This document shows, piece by piece, positions 8,168 to 15,289 of a DNA stretch of 32,000 bases; the stretch's first letter is position 1, and the number at the start of each line of letters is the position of its first letter. This DNA comes from Dickeya solani IPO 2222 (lineage in GTDB: Bacteria > Pseudomonadota > Gammaproteobacteria > Enterobacterales > Enterobacteriaceae). The stretch spans positions 1,230,001-1,262,000 of the forward strand of contig NZ_CP015137.1 in the NCBI RefSeq assembly GCF_001644705.1, read 5' to 3'. A model generated the notes under the pieces. That model saw only the letters and a list, made by a program, of their open reading frames with translations, was not told the origin of the DNA and did no database searches. The translations under genes were made by a program, and so were the position numbers.

Positions 8168-9063
8168 CCACGACCGCCACACCTTATGCCGGCGAAACGC
8201 TTTATGCCGGCGTTGACGGCGGCGGCACCGGCTGCCGGGCGCGAATTTACCGGGCCGACGGTACGCCGCTCGGTCAGGGCAGCGGCGGTCGCGCCAATCT
8301 ACTGCTGGGCGTGGAAACGGTGCGTCAGGCGGTGGACGACGCGCTGATGCAGGCGCTGAAACACAGTGGACTGAGCGAGCAGGATCGCCCGCGTCTGTAC
8401 GTCGGGCTGGCGCTGGCCGGCGCAGAACACCGCAGCGCCTATCAGGCGTTTCTGACTTTGCCGCATTCCTACGCCGCGCAGGTGTTGAATACCGATGCGC
8501 TGGGCGCCTGTCTGGCGGTCAATCAGGGGGACGACGCCGGGGTGGTGATCGCCGGCACCGGCTCCTGCGGGCTGGCGTGGCATCAACGCGTCATCACCGC
8601 TTACGGCGGCCACGAGTTTCCGATATCCGATCAGGGCAGCGGCGCGCGTCTCGGGCTGGCGGCCCTGCAATACCTCTGGGGCGTCAAACAGGGCTGGGCG
8701 CCGCCGTCGGCATTAAGCCAGCAGCAGACGCTGCCGTTTGACAACGAAGCGGAAGCGGCGGCCTGGTTGCATCAGGCCAGGCCGGGCGACTACGCCCATT
8801 TCGCCCGACCGGTGTTTGATTGCGCCCGTCAGGGCGATGCGCTGGCGACCGGCCTGCTGCAACAGACCGCCCGCGAAATTGAAGGGTTACTGGCGGCGGT
8901 AGCGACACACCCACTGCCCCGCCTGTCGCTAATGGGTAGCATCGGTCTGCATATCCGGCCCTGGCTGGACGAAGCATGGCAACAACGGCTGTCGCCGCCC
9001 GCCGGCGATGCGTTGGACGGCGCGCGACTGATCGCCGTCAACCGCTACGCGCTCTACGTCTGA
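8164..9063 (+). CDS. BadF/BadG/BcrA/BcrD-type ATPase, N-acetylglucosamine/glucosamine kinase family sugar kinase
   Basis: 299 aa with the N-terminal motif AGVDGGGTGCRARI, the central motif IAGTGSCG and the motif DQGSGARLG, which are typical of the ASKHA-fold GlcNAc-kinase family. Confidence 0.8.
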   Translation: MTTTATPYAGETLYAGVDGGGTGCRARIYRADGTPLGQGSGGRANLLLGVETVRQAVDDALMQALKHSGLSEQDRPRLYVGLALAGAEHRSAYQAFLTLPHSYAAQVLNTDALGACLAVNQGDDAGVVIAGTGSCGLAWHQRVITAYGGHEFPISDQGSGARLGLAALQYLWGVKQGWAPPSALSQQQTLPFDNEAEAAAWLHQARPGDYAHFARPVFDCARQGDALATGLLQQTAREIEGLLAAVATHPLPRLSLMGSIGLHIRPWLDEAWQQRLSPPAGDALDGARLIAVNRYALYV

Positions 9064-9082
9064 CGCTCACCCGTCTTAACGC

Positions 9083-9835
9083 TTATGCACACGCCTGCCG
9101 GCGCGTTGCCCAACGCAGGCAGAGCAACGGCAGCGGCAAGGTCATCATCAGCAGCAGCCACACCAACGCGTATACCGCGTCCACGCCGTCGTTTTGCAGG
9201 TTGATGTACAGCTTGACCGGGATACCTTGCGGAAAATAGGCGAAAATCATCACGATGCCGAACTCGCCCATCGCCCGCACCCAGGCGATGGCGACTGCCG
9301 CCGCCAGCCCGGAGGCCGCCTGCGGCAAAGTCAGGTAAATCAGGCGTTGCCAGGCGCTCGCCCCCAGAATACGCCCGGCTTCGTCCACCGAGGCGGGAAT
9401 GCCGGCGAAAGCGGAACGCGCCGCGGTGATGAAATAAGGCAACGCGCCATAGACCTGCGCCACCACGAACGCCGCCGGATTGTTCACCAGCGCCAGCCCG
9501 GCGCGAGATAACAGACTGCCGATCGGGCTGTACGGCCCGTAGACCGACACCAGCAGGATCCCCATCGCCAGCGGCGGCGTCAACAGCGGGATCATCACCA
9601 GCAGTTCCACCAGCCAGCGGCGGCGCGAATTGTTCGCACGCGCCAGCCAGAGCGCCACCGGCAGCCCCAGCAGTATCACCAGCGCTATCGCCAGCAGGCC
9701 GAGGCCGACGGAAACGGCGATAGCGTCGCCGTCGCCCCACGCCAGTTGGAAATGATGCCACGGCGTAATCCCGAGCAGGGTGACAAACGGCACCGCCAGC
9801 AGCAGCAATGCCGGTATCGCCAGCCAGAACGCCAT
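9083..9835 (-). CDS. ABC transporter permease, ModB/CysT-like (oxyanion type)
   Basis: The track ORF extends to 9958 and overlaps the upstream gene. ATG 9835 lies 7 nt after the binding-protein stop and gives MAFWLAIPALLLLAVPFVTLL... The protein has multiple transmembrane segments and an EAA-type loop, SVDEAGRILGASAWQRLIYLTLPQAASGL. Confidence 0.8.
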   Translation of the reverse strand: MAFWLAIPALLLLAVPFVTLLGITPWHHFQLAWGDGDAIAVSVGLGLLAIALVILLGLPVALWLARANNSRRRWLVELLVMIPLLTPPLAMGILLVSVYGPYSPIGSLLSRAGLALVNNPAAFVVAQVYGALPYFITAARSAFAGIPASVDEAGRILGASAWQRLIYLTLPQAASGLAAAVAIAWVRAMGEFGIVMIFAYFPQGIPVKLYINLQNDGVDAVYALVWLLLMMTLPLPLLCLRWATRRQACA

Positions 9836-9842
9836 ACTCCGG

Positions 9843-10790
9843 TTACTTCGCGGCGTAGAGCGCCGCGCCTTTCGGTACGTCGTAACCGTTCTGGCGGAAC
9901 AGCGCCTGCCCTTCCGGGCTGAGCATAAAGTTGACGAATTTGCGGGCCTGCGCCGCATCGGGCGCGTTTTTCAGCACCGCGGCGTAGAACACCAGCGGCT
10001 GGGTGTGCAACACCTGATCCTTGCCGGCGCTGTCTTTGATGGTGAAGCTGACGGTGTCGTACCACTGTTTCGACATCGCCGGGTTGCTGAGGTTGATTTC
10101 ATCCGGCAGCGACACATACGGCAGTGTGGTGGAGCGCACCGCGCTCTCGTAACCGGAGGTGGCGTCGATCTGCCCGGACTCCAGCCGGGTCAGCAGCCCG
10201 CCTTCCATGAACACCTGCGCCGGGTTCTGCACCTCGCCCAGCGCCTTTTTGGCCGCATCCGGCTGATGGTAGTACTTCTCGGCCAGCAACATGGTGAAGA
10301 CGATATTCTGGCCCTGCGGGTCGTTATACGGGTCGGTGCGGCCGAATTTCAGCGATTTGTCCTGTAACACGTTCAGCCAGTCGCTATTCTTCGCCTTATC
10401 GGAGGCCGCCAGCCTGGCGGCAAACGGACTTTTGGGATTGTAGGCGATGACCATACGGGTACTGGCAACCGGAATGGCGTCGTCGATCAGTCCGGCGTCT
10501 TTCAAAATCTGCATCGGTCCCGGCGTGATGGACACGAACACGTCCGCCACCACTTTTTTGCTGGCCAGCAGGCGCGCCATGCCGTACGCCCCTTGTCCCT
10601 GCCCCTGATAAGCCAGGTTCTCTTTTTTGGCGAACGTCGGCCCCAACGCCTTGTCCATCACCACACCCATCGACCCGGCGTAGGTTAACTGAATTTTATC
10701 CTGCGCCTGTGCCGCGCTGCCTGCGAATAACGCGGCCGCCAATACGACTGCCAGCGGATATTTACCCCGAATGTTCACTCTCGACTCCAT
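9843..10790 (-). CDS. Periplasmic solute-binding protein, ModA/WtpA-like (molybdate/tungstate/sulfate-type fold), ligand unknown
   Basis: 315 aa with a signal peptide (..KYPLAVVLAAALFAGSAAQA-QD). It has type-2 periplasmic-binding-protein character and is co-transcribed with the ModB-like permease. GTG 10778 with GGAG upstream is an alternative start. Confidence 0.65.
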   Translation of the reverse strand: MESRVNIRGKYPLAVVLAAALFAGSAAQAQDKIQLTYAGSMGVVMDKALGPTFAKKENLAYQGQGQGAYGMARLLASKKVVADVFVSITPGPMQILKDAGLIDDAIPVASTRMVIAYNPKSPFAARLAASDKAKNSDWLNVLQDKSLKFGRTDPYNDPQGQNIVFTMLLAEKYYHQPDAAKKALGEVQNPAQVFMEGGLLTRLESGQIDATSGYESAVRSTTLPYVSLPDEINLSNPAMSKQWYDTVSFTIKDSAGKDQVLHTQPLVFYAAVLKNAPDAAQARKFVNFMLSPEGQALFRQNGYDVPKGAALYAAK

Positions 10791-11026
10791 CCGTTATATA
10801 CAAAAAGAAACAACGAGATTCCTCCTGAATGCGGGCAAATTCAAAAAATAAAATGCGACAAAATATGTGACCCCGATCGTTCGCTCAGGCGTTACAGGTC
10901 AATCATCTGCGTCAATACATTGAAATTCCTGCATAACGCCTTTCACCACGACGTTTTCTTCATTGGCTTGCCGCTTCACGACTCAGACACATTTTTTTAC
11001 CTCTCGCCAACCGATGAAAAATCGTT

Positions 11027-11043
11027 ATGTTATATTATAACGA
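11027..11043. promoter_or_regulatory. Zur box (zinc uptake regulator operator)
   Basis: ATGTTATATTATAACGA contains the perfect palindrome GTTATA-T-TATAAC. It matches the gammaproteobacterial Zur consensus core TGTTATAWTATAACA at nearly every position. It lies about 20-35 bp upstream of the small ORF and the znuC-like operon. Confidence 0.8.
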
Positions 11044-11060
11044 TAATAAGGGAGAATATT

Positions 11061-11165
11061 GTGACCAGTCTTTACGCTTTTTCCGCTGTTGTCCGGCTGG
11101 GTATCGCCGGGGTTTTGCTAGCGCTGTTATGGGGTTTGATTTCCTGGGCGGTGACGCTGGCATGA
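11061..11165 (+). CDS. Possible 34-aa hydrophobic leader/membrane peptide
   Basis: GTG 11061 is preceded by AAGGGAG at 6-nt spacing. The product VTSLYAFSAVVRLGIAGVLLALLWGLISWAVTLA forms a single predicted transmembrane helix. Its stop overlaps the ATPase start (ATGA at 11162-11165). I recognise no homolog. Confidence 0.4.
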   Translation: MTSLYAFSAVVRLGIAGVLLALLWGLISWAVTLA

Positions 11166-11878
11166 CTGCACCATACATGATCGCACTGCATACATTGATG
11201 TTTGGTTATCCGGGCCAGCCGCCGCTGGGCACGCTGGACGGTTGTTTTGACAGCGGTTCGCTGACCGCGATCGTCGGCGCCAACGGCACCGGTAAATCCA
11301 CCCTGCTGAAAACGCTGGCCGGTTTGTTACCGCCGCTTGGCGGTCATTTCTGCATGGCGCCGCAGGCACGTCGTCAATTGGGCTACCTGCCGCAACTGGC
11401 CGAATTCGATCGTCAGTTTCCGCTCAGCGTCAACGATCTGGTGCTGATGGGCTGCGTGCCGCATTGCGGTATGTTCGGCCGTATTTCCGGCGCATGGCGG
11501 AAAAAGGCCCACGACGCGCTGGACACCGTCGGCATGGCGGAGTTCGCGCTCGCGCACATCGGCACGCTCTCCGGCGGCCAGTTGCAGCGCGTGCTGTTTG
11601 CCCGGTTGCTGGTGATGCAGTCGCCGGTGATCCTGCTGGATGAACCCTTTACCGGTATCGATGCCCAGACTACCCGCACGTTATTGACGGTTATCCGGCA
11701 GTTGCATCAGGAAGGGCGCACCATTCTGACGGTGCTGCACGACCTGGAACAGGTGGAAGCCCACTTCCCGCGCGTACTGATGCTCCGCCCGGAAGGCCAC
11801 CGCTGGGGCGACTGCCGCGAGGTGCTGTCGTCCACGCCCGCCGTGACCACTCCGCCGCAACTGAGGGTGGTGCCATGA
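11162..11878 (+). CDS. Metal (zinc/manganese-type) ABC transporter ATP-binding protein, ZnuC-like
   Basis: Walker A GANGTGKST, signature LSGGQLQRVLFARL and Walker B ILLDEP are present. ATG 11162 is chosen because the upstream part of the track ORF (from 11027) crosses the Zur box and has no protein-like character. Confidence 0.85.
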   Translation: MTAPYMIALHTLMFGYPGQPPLGTLDGCFDSGSLTAIVGANGTGKSTLLKTLAGLLPPLGGHFCMAPQARRQLGYLPQLAEFDRQFPLSVNDLVLMGCVPHCGMFGRISGAWRKKAHDALDTVGMAEFALAHIGTLSGGQLQRVLFARLLVMQSPVILLDEPFTGIDAQTTRTLLTVIRQLHQEGRTILTVLHDLEQVEAHFPRVLMLRPEGHRWGDCREVLSSTPAVTTPPQLRVVP

Positions 11879-12729
11879 TGTTGATTCATCTGTTGACCGA
11901 ACCGTTCGGCGATTTTGGCTTCATGCGCCGGGCGCTGGTGGGCTGTCTGGCGCTGACCCTGAGCGCTGCGCCGCTCGGCTGTTTTTTACTGTTGCGCCGC
12001 ATGAGCCTGATCGGCGACGCATTGTCTCACGCGGTGCTGCCCGGCGTGGCGATCGGCTACCTGATTTCCGGCATGTCGCTGGTGGCAATGGGCGTAGGCG
12101 GGTTTATCGCCGGGCTGGCGGTAGCGATGCTGTCCGGCGTGGTCAGCCGCCACACCGAGTTGAAGGAAGACGCCAGTTTCGCCGGGTTCTATCTCGGCTC
12201 GCTGGCGCTGGGGGTGACGCTGGTGTCGCTGCGCGGTTCCAGCGTCGACCTGCTGCACGTGCTGTTCGGTTCCATTCTGGCTATCGACGCCAATGCGCTG
12301 ATCACCATTGGTGCCATCAGTTCCTGCTCAGTGCTGGTACTGGCGTTGATCTACCGGGCGCTGGTGATCGAATCGTTTGACGTCACCTTCCTGAAAATCC
12401 TGTCGCGCCGGTCGCGGGCGCTGATCCACGGCCTGTTTCTGTCGCTGGTGGTGCTGAATCTGGTGGCGGGCTTCCAGTTGCTCGGCACACTGATGGCGGT
12501 CGGCATGATGATGCTGCCCGCCGCCTGCGCCCGCTTCTGGTCCCATCGCCTGCCGGTCATGCTGCTGACCGCGGTGGGTATCGGCGCCTGCGCCAGCCTG
12601 GTGGGGCTGACCTGGTCTTATTACGCCGATCTGCCCGCCGGTCCGGCGGTGATCCTTACCACCACGTTGCTGTTCTGTTTTTCGGTTTTGTTCGGTTCCA
12701 ATGGCGGCATGTTACGCGCACGTCGCTGA
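11875..12729 (+). CDS. Metal ABC transporter permease, ZnuB/TroCD-like
   Basis: 284 aa, highly hydrophobic and ABC-3 family-like (GDALSHAVLPGVA...). Its start overlaps the ATPase stop (ATGA at 11875-11878). Confidence 0.85.
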   Translation: MMLIHLLTEPFGDFGFMRRALVGCLALTLSAAPLGCFLLLRRMSLIGDALSHAVLPGVAIGYLISGMSLVAMGVGGFIAGLAVAMLSGVVSRHTELKEDASFAGFYLGSLALGVTLVSLRGSSVDLLHVLFGSILAIDANALITIGAISSCSVLVLALIYRALVIESFDVTFLKILSRRSRALIHGLFLSLVVLNLVAGFQLLGTLMAVGMMMLPAACARFWSHRLPVMLLTAVGIGACASLVGLTWSYYADLPAGPAVILTTTLLFCFSVLFGSNGGMLRARR

Positions 12730-12772
12730 CAGTTGATGGTTTTTGCATGGCAAATACACGAAGAGGGAAAAA

Positions 12773-13651
12773 ATGAAACGTTCTGTTTTGGTTATGGCGC
12801 TGTCCAGCCTGCTGCTGAGCCCGCTGGCGATGGCGAAAGATCTGAATGTGGTGGCGAGTTTTTCCGTACTGGGCGACATGGTCAGCCAGATTGGCGGCCA
12901 GCACGTGCACGTGACCGACCTGGTGCAGCCGAACGGCGACCCGCATGAATTCGAACCGTCGCCGAAAGACAGCAAAACCCTGTCGCAGGCCGACGTGGTG
13001 TTCGTCAGCGGGCTGGGGCTGGAAGGCTGGCTGGACCGGCTGATCAAGGCGTCCGGCTACAAAGGCGAGGTGATCACCGCGTCCAAAGGCATCAAAACCC
13101 TGAAAATGGAAGAAGACGGCAAAACCGTGACTGACCCGCACGCCTGGAACAGCATGAAAAACGGCATTGCTTACGCCCACAATATCGTCGATGCGTTGGT
13201 CAAGGCTGACCTGGAGCACGCCGACGAGTACCGCAAACAGGGCGACAGCTACATTCAGCAGTTACAGCAACTGGATGACTACGCCACCCAGACGTTTTCC
13301 GCCATTCCGAAAGAAAAGCGCAAGGTGCTGACCAGTCATGACGCCTTCGGCTATTTTGCCGCCGCCTACGGCGTGCATTTCCTGTCGCCGATTGGTTATT
13401 CCACCGAGTCCGAAGCCAGCAGCAAAACCGTGGCCAAACTGATCAACCAGATCAAGAAAGAACACGTGAAACTGTACTTCATTGAGAACCAGACCGATCC
13501 GCGTCTGGTGAAACAGATCGCCGACGCCAGCGGCGCGCAGCCGGGCGGCGAACTCTATCCGGAAGCGCTGACCGACAGCAACGGCCCGGCCGCCACTTAC
13601 ACCGCCGCGTTCAAGCACAATGTCGATACCATCGCGGCAGGCATGAAGTAA
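12773..13651 (+). CDS. Cluster A-I metal-binding periplasmic protein (ZnuA/AztC/TroA-like, no His-rich loop)
   Basis: ATG 12773 gives the signal peptide MKRSVLVMALSSLLLSPLAMA-KD. Candidate metal-ligand motifs are GDPHEFEP, DPHAW and SHDAFGYF (His at the third ligand position, as in zinc-type members), plus a C-terminal Asp region. The His/Asp-rich flexible loop of canonical ZnuA is absent. Confidence 0.8.
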   Translation: MKRSVLVMALSSLLLSPLAMAKDLNVVASFSVLGDMVSQIGGQHVHVTDLVQPNGDPHEFEPSPKDSKTLSQADVVFVSGLGLEGWLDRLIKASGYKGEVITASKGIKTLKMEEDGKTVTDPHAWNSMKNGIAYAHNIVDALVKADLEHADEYRKQGDSYIQQLQQLDDYATQTFSAIPKEKRKVLTSHDAFGYFAAAYGVHFLSPIGYSTESEASSKTVAKLINQIKKEHVKLYFIENQTDPRLVKQIADASGAQPGGELYPEALTDSNGPAATYTAAFKHNVDTIAAGMK

Positions 13652-13660
13652 GTCATCAGG

Positions 13661-13681
13661 TTGCCCGGTTTTGCCGGGCAA
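13661..13681 (+). terminator. Hairpin downstream of the metal-binding protein gene (weak terminator candidate)
   Basis: ttgcccgg-ttttg-ccgggcaa forms an 8-bp stem 10 nt after the stop codon. No clear U-tract follows. Confidence 0.35.
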
Positions 13682-13842
13682 TCGTGCCGTTCGCCGCCCC
13701 CCCGCTCCGCATCCCCTCATCAGTTCGATAGCCCCTGATTCCGGTTTCGATTATGCTGATGGCGCACGGTAAACCCCGGTTCATCGTATGGATTCAGAGA
13801 CTATTCGCCTCCCCGCCGCCACCTGACGGGCGGCACCGATAA

Positions 13843-13973
13843 ACTCAGAACCTATCCCAATAGGCGTCGTTAGCGCAGCGAGTATGGGTGCTTACACGCA
13901 GTACGTGAGGATTTCGAGCACTGCCCAGATCCAAAATGGCGGATAAAATAGCCTATTGGGATCGGTTCTTAGT
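13843..13973. repeat. ERIC/IRU-like imperfect palindromic intergenic element (MITE-like)
   Basis: Terminal inverted repeats are actcaGAACCTATCCCAATAGGC (13843-13865) and GCCTATTGGGATCGGTTCttagt (13951-13973), about 21 of 23 complementary. The interior segments cgtgtaagcaccc (reverse strand) and agtacgtgagg resemble the ERIC core (TGTAAGCTCC / AGTAAGTGAC). Confidence 0.55.
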
Positions 13974-13989
13974 TCACATAAGGAATACT

Positions 13990-14556
13990 ATGTTGAAGTT
14001 CGGCGTATTTTGCGGTTCAGCCCCCGGCAACAACGCGATTTACCAGCAGCAGACGGAAGCCCTCATCCGTTATCTGGTCGGCAAAAACGCCGGAATTGTC
14101 TACGGCGGCGGAAAAGTGGGCCTGATGGGGCTGGTGGCGGATACCGCGTTGCAGCACGGCGGCTCCGTAACCGGCGTGATGCCTGTGCATCTGGTGGAAA
14201 AAGAGATTGCGCACCCGAAACTGACGGAGCTGGTCATCACTGCGGACATGCATGAGCGCAAAGCGAAAATGGCCGAACTGTCGGATGTCTTCATCGCGCT
14301 GCCCGGCGGCGCCGGTACGCTCGAAGAGATCATCGAACAGTGGACCTGGGCGCAGTTGGGCATTCATCACAAGCCCTGCATTCTGTTCAACGTGAATGGC
14401 TACTACGACGAATACATCACCTTCGTGAACAAGGTAGTCAACGAAGGCTTCATGAAAAAAGAGTACCTCGACATGCTGATCGTGTCGGATAGCGCCGAAA
14501 CGGTGCTGGACAAGGCATTATCCTACCAGCCGCCCAAAGCCAAGTGGGACAAATAA
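13990..14556 (+). CDS. LOG-family protein (TIGR00730-type; cytokinin riboside 5'-monophosphate phosphoribohydrolase / nucleotide nucleosidase family)
   Basis: ATG 13990 with AAGGAA upstream gives MLKFGVFCGSAPGNN... The motifs GGGKVGLMG and PGGAGTLEE are the hallmarks of the family. The track start at 13936 lies inside the ERIC-like element. Confidence 0.85.
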   Translation: MLKFGVFCGSAPGNNAIYQQQTEALIRYLVGKNAGIVYGGGKVGLMGLVADTALQHGGSVTGVMPVHLVEKEIAHPKLTELVITADMHERKAKMAELSDVFIALPGGAGTLEEIIEQWTWAQLGIHHKPCILFNVNGYYDEYITFVNKVVNEGFMKKEYLDMLIVSDSAETVLDKALSYQPPKAKWDK

Positions 14557-14567
14557 CCGGCGTCATA

Positions 14568-14591
14568 CGCTGAGGCGGCTGCGCCTCAGCG
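14568..14591. terminator. GC-rich hairpin between convergent genes (candidate bidirectional terminator)
   Basis: cgctgaggcg-gctg-cgcctcagcg forms a 10-bp perfect stem between the LOG stop (14556) and the VOC stop (14602). Confidence 0.5.
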
Positions 14592-14601
14592 CCATGCTTC
14601 A

Positions 14602-15099
14602 TCAACCAAAACGCGCCAGTTCCCGGTCGAAATCCAGCGGCTGAATGCCCTGTTGGTCGCGGTCCGCGTCCGTCAGTTGGTCGGCGGGAATAAACCAGGT
14701 TACCTCAAACAGCAGGCCGTCCGGGTCGTGGCCGTACACGCTCTTGTGTACGCCGTGATCTTCCTCCAGTCCCAAGCGCCCGTCTTGCGCCAGCCGATCA
14801 CGAATCCGCTTCAGTTCCTGCAACGTATCCACTTCCCACGCCAGATGGTACAGCCCCGCCGGCGGCTCGTGTTCGCCGGGCTGCTCGCCGCGGGCGCGAA
14901 ACACGCCGGCCCGCTGCTGGCCGAGATTTTTGGCGAACAATGCCAGATCGTGATCGTTATCCGATTCCGCCGCCTGGGTAAACACAGCCTGACTGCCGCC
15001 CGGTTTGGGGCGAAATCCCAGAGTATCACGGTAGAATGCGGTGCTTTTCTCCACGTCGGACACATACAGCACCGCGTGATTCAGGCGGGTAATCCCCAT
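14602..15099 (-). CDS. VOC-family protein (glyoxalase/bleomycin-resistance/extradiol dioxygenase fold)
   Basis: MGITRLNHAVLYVSDVEKSTAFYRDTLGF... is a typical VOC N-terminus, and LYHLAWEV belongs to the second beta-alpha-beta-beta-beta module. ATG 15099 has AGGAG 6 nt upstream. The track start at 15198 adds an implausible extension. Confidence 0.8.
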   Translation of the reverse strand: MGITRLNHAVLYVSDVEKSTAFYRDTLGFRPKPGGSQAVFTQAAESDNDHDLALFAKNLGQQRAGVFRARGEQPGEHEPPAGLYHLAWEVDTLQELKRIRDRLAQDGRLGLEEDHGVHKSVYGHDPDGLLFEVTWFIPADQLTDADRDQQGIQPLDFDRELARFG

Positions 15100-15230
15100 A
15101 GTCATCTCCTGGTGGCCTGATGGCGTAAGCTGCCATCCTGACACACAACGACCGCGGGATATATGCCGATTTCCGGCAACCAAAGTCGCCGCACGCATGA
15201 ACCGGTGGCCATCGAAACGGGAAAGAAAAC

Positions 15231-15278
15231 GAAGGGAAAAGAAAGCGAAGGGAAAAGCGCGTGAAGGGAAGGCCGCCG
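15231..15278. repeat. Three-copy 16-bp purine-rich tandem repeat (GAAGGGAAAAG core)
   Basis: gaagggaaaag occurs at 15231 and 15247, and gaagggaagg at 15263. On the minus strand this forms a CT-rich tract directly after the DeoR-gene hairpin. Confidence 0.7.
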
Positions 15279-15289
15279 ATCAGCGGCCT
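15270..15289 (-). terminator. Hairpin overlapping the DeoR stop codon, followed on the minus strand by a T/C-rich tract
   Basis: aggccgc-cgatca-gcggcct forms a 7-bp stem with the stop codon TGA (15282-15280) in the loop. Downstream on the minus strand is TTCCCTTCACGCGCTTTTCCCTTCGCTTTCTTTTCCC. Confidence 0.45.

Noticed and set aside
9054-10367. Alternative-frame and antisense ORFs (235, 126 and 195 aa), and the N-terminal extension of the permease ORF to 9958
   Set aside because: The extension overlaps the 3' end of the binding-protein gene and is Arg-rich. ATG 9835, directly after the upstream stop, gives a normal hydrophobic N-terminus. The other ORFs lack any signature.
10792-10800. CGTTATATA next to the binding-protein start codon as a ModE-type operator half-site
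   Set aside because: Only a single half-site is present, with no partner at the expected spacing, and it sits at the start codon rather than at a promoter. This is too weak to call.
11022-11043. Reading the TCGTTAT-N8-ATAACGA inverted repeat as a ModE operator rather than a Zur box
   Set aside because: The GTTATA-T-TATAAC core matches the Zur consensus far better, and the downstream genes are znuCBA-like.
13693-13842. Possible tRNA or small RNA in the unassigned spacer (contains ggtttcgatt and ggttcatcg, faintly T-loop-like)
   Set aside because: No cloverleaf can be drawn, there is no GGTTCGAATCC-type T-arm or acceptor stem pairing, and no promoter/terminator pair is present. It is left unassigned.
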